Source: Lama guanicoe (taxonomy: Eukaryota). Taken from it: a stretch of DNA of 64,000 nucleotides. Made by a program: the position numbers and the translations under genes. This document shows positions 24,513-35,716 of this stretch, piece by piece. The notes below the pieces were generated by a model. It made no database searches. It was not told where the DNA came from and saw nothing but the letters and a program-made list of their open reading frames with translations. Location: NCBI GenBank assembly GCA_013239625.1, contig MU053574.1, positions 495,844 through 559,843 of the forward strand, written 5' to 3'. The number at the start of each line of letters is the position of its first letter. The stretch's first letter is position 1.

Positions 24513-25679
24513 GGTTTCAATGGTCACTTTATTGCAAGATGGTTGAATTAATTAGAAATTAAAACTATAACTTTATGGATGATCTTCAGTCAGATTTAGT
24601 CGAATTTTTATTAAAAGCAAATTGCTTGTTCAGAAGTGATCATGGAACAACTCAAAATGCAGAGCAAGAAGGATAAGAGAAACATCTTACTGGCCAATAG
24701 ATTGTTTTAATTCTCTCATTATATGGAACTCAAACCTTTCATTTTTAGGAAAGGTAAATTGTAACTTCAGGAGACAGCAAACCAGAAGGATCTTGTCACA
24801 CAGACTGTTTTCCATTTAGTCAGTTATTCCTAGCTCTCTCCATTGGCATAGATGCAGTTACAGAACTGGCTGTGCTTGAGCCTTCTCTGCGAGGACCTTC
24901 AGATCTGCAGTGCACTTGGCAACTGTCTCCTTTTCCTGCTGTGCAGAGATGCTCTGAACCACGTGCTTCTCCCCCCAGTTTATCATGTGCTCTTGTTCCT
25001 TTCGACGCATCACGTTCTGCATAGCGATGTGATAGTCCAAGCGATACTTTACCTCCCTGTGTACCCTATGCAGCCGTTCCCAGTACATAAGCTCCACGGC
25101 CATCGCAGTGTTATTCCTCTGGACATCAAAAAGGTAATGGCGTTTCTGAACCAGTGCCTGCTGTGACTTCTCCAGATCAATCACATCCTGAATGTTTTGG
25201 ATGGAAGCCTGTTTCCCCTCTTCTAGTTGGGCAGTTTTTTGCTCATCGAGTTTATCAGCAAATTTTCCAATAGAGGTGCCATATTTTTTAACTACATAGA
25301 CAAGCACCCCTACTGCTGATATGGCAGAGAAGGTCTCTGCAGTTATCATATGCGTTTCTTGGGCGAGTAGATATAAGATGAGCCCAGTTCCAAGCACGTA
25401 GGGTCCTGTTACACCAGTTTTAGGATAAAGGAAGCGAAAGAATTCCTCAGGGATCAGCCCCAAATGAGCTTTTCCTCCATATTCAGGAACAGGTGGCACA
25501 GAGGCAAGACTTCGCTGCTTGATGTGAAAGATCCTTTTGCCTGCAATGCCCTGGACCCAGGAGGGCTGCGTTCCTCAGGGGCTGGGGGAGCTCCTGCGGT
25601 GGCGGCAGAAAGCGCCACCGGGACAGCACTGTCAGGTAGCGTTGCACAGCGGTCTCGGGGTCCCAGTGACCCGGACAAG
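24352..25679 (-). pseudogene. ATP5PB: Processed pseudogene of ATP synthase peripheral stalk subunit b (ATP5PB/ATP5F1), with 5'UTR, CDS remnant (25629-24858), 3'UTR and degenerate poly(A)
   Basis: Intronless. ORF 24858..25499 reads PPVPEYGGKAHLGLIPEEFF.FLYPKTGVTGPYVLGTG...KAQAQPVL. Start ATG has become GTG at 25629-25627, with frameshifts in the presequence. AATAAA on the minus strand at 24528-24533 and 24607-24612. Tail at 24352-24512. Flanking direct repeat cttaagtttctt (24340-24351) / cttaggtttctt (25680-25691). Confidence 0.95.
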
Positions 25680-27329
25680 CTTAGGTTTCTTATTTTTCCA
25701 TGATCTGAGTGCTTTTCAGCACCAGGACTGGAGAGAGTCTAGACTAGATTAATTGGTGGATGAGTTGAGTGATCTACCCAAGTTGCATGTTGCTAACTGG
25801 CTTCACAGTCAGACCTCAACGTCGCCATTTGTTCATGCGTGCATTCGTCAAATGTTTACTGCCTTTTTTAGCGAAGGCACTGTGTTCAGCACTAGGGACA
25901 CCGGGGGAACAGAAGCAGGCCTGGAGCAACCACTGTAGTGAAGGTTCTGGATGCCCCGTCACAGAGCTGGGAAGGGAAGTGACGCGTCCAAAGGGAAGCT
26001 CACTGGGCTCTTTCTGACGTGTTCAGATCAAGTTTAAAGCTTTAAGAAGATCCAGACAGGATGGCCTTCACCATATGTGTTCTGTCTCAGCCCCTCTTTG
26101 ATGCAGGAAAAACTTAGGTGACATCTCTACCTGTGTCACCTCCATCCTTGTGTTTGTTAGGGAGGCAGCTCAGGGCCACGGTCACCATCACAAGTGATCA
26201 GGCCAGACTAATCCCCATCCCACTATAGAGCAGCCAGGGGTAAATGACTTCCCTTCTCTGACCCTCTGTCTCTTCTGTAGGATGAGGACGTGAGAGTTGT
26301 ACTCTGAGCTGTTCGGTTATTTAAGGAGAGGATGCTTCTGAGGTGCTCAGCACAATACTAGTTGCCGTCATTAGTTCGAAGCAGGGTCTACTCCTCTTCA
26401 GTCTGGCCCATGTCTGATACTGACCGGCAGAAGGCTATTTGCTCATTGACTGAGTGATGTATCTTCCTGCTGGCATCCTTGCCTTGCTTGTGGCATGAGG
26501 CTCCCGGCAGGGTGGAGGTAGAGCCCTGGACGCCCAGAATCTGCCAGGAGGACCAGCTGCTGCCCAGCTCTCCCCTCCCTTCCCCTGCCATTGCTGTCTC
26601 ACCATAATCAAGGATGTTGGACCAATTAGAAGCTCTAACAATTAAGATGTGCCGAGGGCATGCGAGCCTTTGCAAACACTTATTAAAACACATCAGTAAT
26701 TAAGCCCTTCTTCAATAGTTACATTTCTGGCCTCCAGACATATCTGTTTGTGGATCTGTTTGGGTCGCAGTATGCTTTGAGAGCTGTGTTATGACCTTCC
26801 ATTTTGGTACTGAGAATTTAAAATTCTTCCCCAACTTGGATGCTGAGATTTGACAGTGAAACGGCAGAGCGAGAATGCATGGACTCTGTAGCTGCCTGAT
26901 GCTAGAGGTGCGATCTTCAAAGCCAGCCAGCCGGACAGCGTACAATCCAGGCTCTGCCACCGTGCAGCCTGGGGGAGGGCCCGCACCCTCCCTTTCCTGG
27001 CCTGTGAAGTGATCAGAATGACACCTGCCTCGCAGGATCCGTTGCTAATTGTGGGCGCAGATGTCAGCCACGTGTAAGTTCAATTCACAGCAGCTTCTGT
27101 TAGTGGTGGCCTTGAGCATCATCAAAGGACAGAAAAAGGGCAGCAGGTAGCTAAAGGGTCAGGATGCCAGTCTACACTAGCAGTTGCAAATCAAGTGCCC
27201 ACCAGGACCGGACAGGTCACAAAAGTGAGAGAAGCCAGGCCGAGTGGGGACTGGGATGGATGGAAAGGCTCAGCCCTGACCCCTGGCACAGGCAGGAGGG
27301 CAGAGCCAGGCTACCCGGGCTTCTGACTG

Positions 27330-27462
27330 TTTTGGGGGGGGAGGGGGAGATATTTAGGTTTATTTATTTATTTATTTTTTTTTTTAATGGAGGCACTGGG
27401 GATTGAACCCAGGACCTCATTCATGCTAAGCACGTGCTCTGCCACAGAGCTCTACCCTCCCC
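27330..27462 (-). mobile_element. vic-1-type SINE
   Basis: Consensus body and tail; tctgact on both flanks. Confidence 0.9.
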
Positions 27463-27689
27463 ACTCTGACTTTTTAAGAGAAGCAGGAAACCTGGGATTT
27501 TATATACGATCACCTGTTTTTTTTTTTATGTGCCAATTCCTTTGAATTTTCTATTTTTTTAATTACTGCACCGGCCAAACGAACATCTCTGTGGGTTGAC
27601 TTGGCCTCGGTCCCCACTCGTGAACCACACATCCATATGGGCATCCTCTTCCAGGTAATTGCTTAGGGGCCCACTTCATTTTAGCCAGA

Positions 27690-28665
27690 GGCTTGCGGAT
27701 TGATAGGCACCTCTCCGATTTAGTGACAATCTGTAACCGAGTGATGTGGATTGGAAAGCAAATCAGCTAACTGGAGAGGAAGTAATTGACTAATCCCAAA
27801 TTCAGGTTTTGATCCCGTCTGGCACTGAGAGGCTGAGCGGGCAGCGGATGGAGGCGTGTGCGGCCCCTCACATCTAGTCGGTCTGTCTCTCATGAAATAT
27901 GCAAAGGACAAGAGGATTTGATACTGGGGGCCCGGGGGGGGGGCTGTGGTCCGAATTTTCTCTCGCAGGGGGTGACAGCGCTCACACTAGCTTGGAGTAT
28001 TCAGCATGTTTCATGCATTCAGTCTGAAGTGGAACTTTATTTTTTACCATATCTGTAGTTGTGAGTAAACGGTGGTCATTTGTTTCTTCGCTTCTTTATG
28101 GGTTGGACCAAATCACCCCAACAACTAGTCGGGTGTAATCGGATTTGGTTTTTAACATGCTTTTAAAGTAAAGAAATAAATACCATCGAGGCTTGTAAAA
28201 GGTGATCATTAGAGAAGGGGCCTTGGCCCCATAACTTCAAAGTAATAGCCCCATTACGGAGAGGGGCGATGATTTTTTAACCGTCCCTTGCATTTATGTA
28301 GCAAGGTTGAGGGGCTGTGCGGGCAGGTTGGGCATTTCAGTAAAAGCTTTCCAGCAGCCATTTAACCTCCATTTACGAAGAAATAAAGCGAAATTGATGC
28401 TGATTTGGACCTGCTTTGGGGGATATTTTTGTTCCATAAAAGCCCTTTAGCTTGCAATTTGCTGAGCTGCCCTGTCACATGAGAAAGGGCGGCTGTTGAT
28501 GAAGATAAAGTTTTATGGCTACAATATTTGCTGCTAACAGCAACCTAATGCAGCATTTTCATTTTTGTGCAATTAATGTTAACGTCTGCTACGAAAATTG
28601 TCATTAAATACCATTTTAAAATCCATTCAATTTGCATATGCAAAGCCCATTTACCATCACGGAAG
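27690..28665. promoter_or_regulatory. Putative enhancer cluster (conserved-noncoding-like island)
   Basis: Repeat-free and AT-rich. Dense TAAT/ATTA, TTTTATGG/CCATAAAA, TAATCC, CTGTCA, and the palindrome TTTGCATATGCAAA. Function is inferred, not shown. Confidence 0.5.
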
Positions 28666-29689
28666 ATATAGCCGGCACTTCATCACGTCCTTTGCCTGGA
28701 ATTGTAGCCACTCAGTTTTATAGCAATTTAAGATTTTATATTGAAAGCTAAGATGGTAATGGATGTCCTTTCTGAGCCCAGCTGACTTCAGCTTTTCCAT
28801 TGTATGTAGAATAACGCAGCCCCAGGACCAGAAACTGTGGGTGATCACCCTGTACCCCAGCCCCGAGGAGGTACGAGGTGGAAGAACGAGCACTGGACAG
28901 GGAGCCCACAAGCCTGCCTCTAGATCTGGCTTTTGTCTGGACACAGTTTTCTCTGTGACCTTGTGAAAATCTCTTCACCTCTCTGAGCTTCTACTTTCCT
29001 GTTTTAAATAGGGACTTCCAATCGAGTGATTGCTAAAGGGCTATGTGTTCTAATATTTCACATTTTTAAATATTAGCACACGAGGTTGAGAATCCAGGCC
29101 ATGCCTTGTTGTGAAGAACTTGTGTGAACTTGGGGAAGTCAATTAATCTCTCCTTGTCACAGCCGGACGAGTAACCCTGCACAACAGCATGAATAGACTT
29201 GGTGCCCCTCAGCCGTTCACTTAAAAATAGGAAATCTTGCTCGACACCAGAAATCAACAAAACACTGGAAATTGACCATACCTCCATAAAAAGAAATGGT
29301 GAATCTCATGTACGTTTTACCCCAATAAAAAGTGATTAGAAAAAAATAAAAATAAAGAAGGAATCACCACCACACACACACAAAGTACGGTGACATAGCC
29401 AAAGGAAGGCACCTATCCAGGGACAGTGCACCGGAGGCAGGAAATAGGCTGGGGACACATTGTCAATGGCCTTGCCACGCAGTTGAGTGGAGATACTGAC
29501 TTAGTCACAGGTGTCACACATGGGACTTGGGGCAGCCAGAGGCCCCAGGCCACTCATGGCTGGCTGAGAGCACTTCTATTTATTTGTACAATGCAATGTA
29601 CAAGTACCAGTGGTTTCTGCAATGTTTGCGTGGTAACACAGTGGGGGTTAGGAAGCCCTGCTTACTGGACATTTGCTATTTTTTCCCTG

Positions 29690-30240
29690 CTGTTGTGTTC
29701 TGATCTCCTCCTTCTGGGTCAGGACCCCTGTTGATACATCTTTCCCATCATCAGCCCCTGTACATTGTGGGGACTGATTCCAGCCATGCTCCTCTAAGGA
29801 GGGGCAAGGGATCAGGCCTGGCCAATCAGAGCATCAGATTCCCCTGGCCTTGGCGGTAATTGGTGCAGAGGAAGACGTGCGCCCCGGGACTGGCCAATCA
29901 GCGTGTTTTACAATTTCTACTCACCCCTGTGGTTGGTTCAGGGATAGGCATGGTACCCAAGTTGGACCAAAGAAAGAATCTTAATCTCAAGGCTTTCATA
30001 GTTCCTACACCCTTACCGCTGGGGTCACTTAAATAATAAGACATAAGGATGGAACTGCTTCTGGCCATTTTTCCTCATGAGGAAGAAGCTGGTCAGAGAA
30101 TGGAGCCAAAACTGGGAAGCACAGCTGAGTCACAGAGAGAAATACCAAATGCTGATGACATCGCCTGATTGCTTAGATCCAGCTGTGCCTGAAGCTGTAC
30201 CTTTGGGCTTTTCAATCATGTGAGCCAATAAATTCCTCTT
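29690..30240 (+). mobile_element. ERVL LTR (LTR16-like)
   Basis: Repeated ggccaatcag, ggttggttcagggataggcatg, gatccagctgtgcctgaagct, gtgagccaataaattcct. Confidence 0.65.
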
Positions 30241-30516
30241 AAAAAAAATTAGAGTACTTTGCGTCGAGACTTAATCACATGCGACCACATTCTACTTCTA
30301 TAGAATGTCTTGCGTTCTAGAGTTGGGACATAGGTCACAGGTCTGCTTCTGAACCAATCGCCGTGCCCATGGCTTCTGAAATATGCTGATTGGCCAGGCT
30401 TAGATCACTTGCCCCTCCCTGGAGTCCAGAGTCATGCTCCCACATTTTCCCCTAATTCAGTCACCACTGGGCAGCCCCCGGGGTGAGGGGTGGAGCCTTA
30501 GGAGCCAGCCGTCTTA

Positions 30517-30780
<264 letters not shown>

Positions 30781-30933
30781 TCACCCTGGGAAGTAAAGCA
30801 AGCCGTGGCACCTGACTGGGAAGAAACGAGGGCACAACTACCTTCTCATTAACCCGGAGCTGCTGTGTGACAGCCCTGCCTGGCCCCCTGGAAAGGGAAG
30901 GCCGGGATTCCCAGAGATTCCAGACGGTGCCTA

Positions 30934-31410
<477 letters not shown>

Positions 31411-33359
31411 TCAGACGACCCTATTATAGTAAATTCAGCAGCAGGGAGTCACCGGATGCTCACTTTGCCCCAGGCCCTGAGGGCGACTTTCAGGGTTACC
31501 AGGGTGAGGACGGCAGAGCCCTCGGTGAGACGAGGGTTAACTGCTCTTGGGCCCTGAGCCACACCTTGGGGCAGCCTGCCTGGTGTGTTCCTGCTCAGGG
31601 GCGAGTGAGGAGGGCAGAGCGGGGAGGACCCATGTGGCTGGGGGTGGCCGGGAGCGAGGCCTTGAAGGAGAAGGCGCACTTGCACGGCGGGAGAGGGGCG
31701 GTGCAGTCCCTGCACGGAGCAGCGGTATTTGGGAGCCAGCCTAGATCTGCACGGCTGGAGCTGGAAATGACACCTTGCAGATGTGCGGAAATGTGGTTCA
31801 CGGAGACTCACCCGGAGGCCACCCCCAAGGGAGAGGGTGTCATCCCTCCCTAACCCTTCATCCCTACCAGGGACGGCTTAAATCGTTGTCACTGGAGCTG
31901 CGTCCTGGAACTTTGCCTGAAGGTGGAGATACAATGACAGGGACCATGGTCACCCTCCCGGCGGCTGGATAGCCATTGTCACTATCTGGGTCTCTGGGGA
32001 ACTCCTCCTTGACCTTCTGGAAGGGGTTTGTGGGAACAAAATCACTCTATTATCAATCAGATCAGTTCTCCCATTTTATAGGTAGGGAAGCTGAGGCACA
32101 GAGTGACGGGGCCACAACCCACAGTTCCTAAGGGACGGGTCTGGATGTCAAATGCAGGTGCGGTGGGCCTCGGGGTGAAGCTCTGCATCATGGTGCTCTG
32201 CTGCCTGCCTTTAGGCCAGCAGCTCCCTGAGGTCCGAGGTCCTGTCTGTACGGAGCCTAGAGCGTCATCGCTCTTCATCAGTGGGCACCTGCTGAGGCTT
32301 GTGTCTCAGACACAACACTCGGCTCTTCGTCTGTTTCTCTCACTAATCCTCACAGCTGTGCCGTGAGGCAGCTCAGGACTGTCCCATTACTCAGACGGGG
32401 AAGCAGAGGCACAGAGAGGTCAGACAGGTTGCACAGGGGCCGCACGGGAAGAAGCGGCAGAGCTGGAATTTGAACTCGGGCTGTGTCTCCAGCCCACATT
32501 GAGATCCATCTGCTCAAGAGATACCAAGCTGGTTAGCATGGCTCCCAGTGCCATCAGGCCCGTGGGCCAGGGACCTTACTAAGAAGGGTGGGTGCAGTTG
32601 CTCCTTCCACCCCCGCAGGCCCCAGGCAGTGCGCTCCCCGTTGCAGGGTGCTCTGTCTCCCAGGACATCCCTGGCTCTGACCTCACCGACGGCTATCCAG
32701 AGTGTCTGGTGGCTCCAGTCTCACCCTTTCTCCCTTTTCCATCAATCTCTGTTCCTCCTTCTCTGGTTCCCAGTCACTTGGGCACATAGAAGTGCATGAG
32801 CCAGGACCACCCATAATGGCTTATCAGTCTTTGGAATAAGCCCCTCCCTTGGGCTGGCAGTCCAGGCCCTGCTTCCTCCAACCCCACCCGTCCCTGCAGC
32901 TCTGCCTCCCTGACTCCCCAGCGTGGCCCTGAGATTTAGGCTCCATCGACCTCTCCCCTCCCTGAAGGGTCTGTAGGCGTCCCAGCCTCTTTTGCTCCTG
33001 GCCTGCCCGTCCCTTTCTGTTCTTATTCTTCACACTCTCTGGACCCCTCGGGCTCCAGTGGCCTCTCCCTCGTCTGGCTTCAGTAGCTCTTACCAACAGT
33101 TCTGCTCTTTTGGGGCTTTGAACTGAAGTGACCTTCTCAATTTCCAGGAATACACAAACTGGGCCAGCCTGCGTGGATCAAAAATTCCTACACAGCCAGA
33201 ACCATGGCTTCTCTTGCCTTCTTTTGCCTGGTAGCACATAACAGGTGCTCAAAAAATGCCTGAGATTTAAAAGCTTCTTCCTCTGGAAAGCCGTCCTGGG
33301 TTGCCCTCAGTGTCCTTGTGGCCCTGAACTCCACCTTTAGGGCACTTTCAAAATTACAC

Positions 33360-33700
33360 AGTACAACCTGCTTCAGCATGGATGGGCCGTGACAGTATGA
33401 TTCTCGGTGAAGAAGCCAGTCACAAAGGACCACGTATTGTCTGACTTCATTAACATGAAATGTCCCAAATAGGCAAATCCTTAGAAACAGAAAGTGGATC
33501 AGTGGTTGCTGAGATGGGGAGGGGAACGGAATGATTGAAGGGTGATGGCTAAGGGGTGTGAGGCTTCTTTGAGAGGTAATGAAAATGCTCTAAAAGCGAG
33601 AGTGGTACTGATTGCACAAGCCTGTGCATGTGCTAAACGCCCTTTAAATGGGGGATTGTGTGGTATGTGAATTACATCTCAGTAAAGCCATTAACAATTG
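33360..33700 (+). mobile_element. L1MB-like 3'UTR
   Basis: gaagccagtcacaaaggaccacgtattg...aataggcaaatcc.tagaaacagaaagt...gtatgtgaattacatctcagtaaag. Confidence 0.75.
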
Positions 33701-33836
33701 CAAAGTACTGTAATTAAGTCACTAACTGTGTGATGATCAGCTTAATGTCTTTCTCCCTCAGTAGACTGTGTGCTCAGTCTCTTTCTTTTTTTTAAAAATA
33801 GTTTTATGTGTTTATTTATATCCTCCCTCATTCTTT

Positions 33837-33990
33837 TTTAAAGTCATTTTTTTGTTGTTGTTGTCGATGGGGAGAGGTAATTAGGTTTTTTAAAATCATT
33901 TGTTTATTTATTTAATGGAGGTACTGGGGATTGAACCCAGGACCTCGTGCATGTTAAGCACATGCTCCACCACTGAGCTACACTCTCCCC
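33837..33990 (-). mobile_element. vic-1-type SINE
   Basis: Consensus body; TSD ctcattcttt at 33827-33836 and 33992-34001. Confidence 0.9.
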
Positions 33991-34959
33991 ACTCATTCTT
34001 TCTCTTTCTTTCTTTCGTTCTTTCTTCCTTCCTTCCTTTCTCCCTCCTTCCTTCCTTCTTTCTTGGTTAATTATTCAAAAAATAGACTTCCTTTTTCTAG
34101 AGCAGTTTTAGATTCACAGCAAAACTGAGCAGAAGGTGCAGAGAGTCCCCATCTGTCCCAGAGTCTTTACTTTCACTCCTCTTTTTCGAGGAAATCAGCA
34201 TAGAATAGCTGCTAGTAAACAGGGGTTGAATGAATGAATGAATGAACTGCCTACTTGGAGACCCTGTCTGTTCTTCTCCCCTCGCAGCCTCATCAGTTTT
34301 CTCCCTCTTCTTTCTCGTCTCAAACCCCAGGCCCTGACCACCCGTGAGAGCTAGGAGTTCTGAGTTCTGAGAGGTGGGTGCCTCTGCCAGGTGGTTTGTT
34401 TTGAATTCCTTCCGCAAGATTCACTCTGAGCTGCAGACAAAGCGCCGGCTTCTCATTTGTTTATGAAAATGATCTGGCCTCTCCCGTGACTGCGAGGGAA
34501 GTTAATTAAAATGTGACTTCTCCGGGAGAGGCCCCGCCTCCCTCTGGGCAGGTGCAGGTGGGCAGACTTCCAGCTGGCAGAGGAAGGACAGACTCGGTGG
34601 CTGCCGCTGCGCGGGGGTGGTGGAGAGGGAGGTGGGGAAGCGGGCGGGTGCCTTCATCTGCACTCTTTTTAGTGAGGGTTGCCTAGGAATCAACAACTAC
34701 CAAAAGCACTGATGCCTGCGACCGCAAAACTCATCCCCATGGGAGAGTCACTCGTTCTTTCAGTGCGTAAATACTGGTTTTGTAACTCCTCTGCACCAAG
34801 CTCTATGCCAGGAGTTCTAAGGTGAACAAAGCAAACACATAACCCCCTGCCCTTATGAAATTCATTGTCTGGCTAAAAGAACAACTGAACAAGTAGTGAC
34901 AACCAAGTGCACCAGAGGGTTTGGTAGGGGAGGACAGATTGCCTCTAGTTATAAAAATT

Positions 34960-35497
34960 TGTGAGTCTACAGAGTGAGAGAAAGTGTTTGCAATACGTAT
35001 ATCTGACATAGGACTGTTATCGATCATATATAAAGAGCTGCCACAAATCAATAAGAAAAAGGCAGGCAGTCCTACGGGAAGATGAGCAAAAGTCTTGAAT
35101 AGGCACTTTATCAAGAAGACGTCCAAGTGACCAGGATCCATATGTCAAGGTGCTCAACCTCTGAGAAATGCAAAATCAAAACTCAGTGCTGTTGGTGAAG
35201 ACGTGGAGAAACTGGAATACTGGTACACTTGGTGGGAGTGTAAATTGGTACAACCACTGTGGGAAACTATTTAGCAGTATCTATTAAAGCTAAACCTAGG
35301 AGATGCCTACCAATAACCCGACAGTTCCCTCCTGGATGGCCGGCAGGAATGAGTGCCCACATCCACCCAGAGAGATGTCTGAGAATGCTCACAGCAGCTT
35401 GGCTTGTGATAGCAAAGCACCAGAAGCAACCCAGATGGCCATCCCAGGTAGACAAGAAAAACGTGGTGGCAAATGCCTTCCCTGGAATACTCCACAG
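34960..35497 (+). mobile_element. Old L1ME ORF2 3' fragment
   Basis: atatctgacataggact...cacaaatcaataagaaaaag...ggtgggagtgtaaattggtacaaccact. Confidence 0.7.
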
Positions 35498-35716
35498 CAG
35501 CGGTTCTCAGCTGGGGGCAACGTTGCCCCCAGAGGATACTTTCCCGAGCCTGGAGACAGTTTTGGTTGTCACAGTGAGGCAGGGGCACCACCCTCCATCT
35601 GGTAGGTGGAGACCAGGGATGCTGCTAAACATCCCCCAATGCACAAGACAGCCTCCATCCCCCAAACAAAGAGTTATCTGGGCCCAGATGCCAATAGTGC
35701 AGAGGCTGAGACACTG
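35498..35716. mobile_element. MER20 (hAT-Charlie MITE)
   Basis: cagcggttctcagctggggg...ttttggttgtcaca...ccagggatgctgctaaacatcc...aatagtgcagaggctgagacactg, about 220 bp. Confidence 0.85.
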
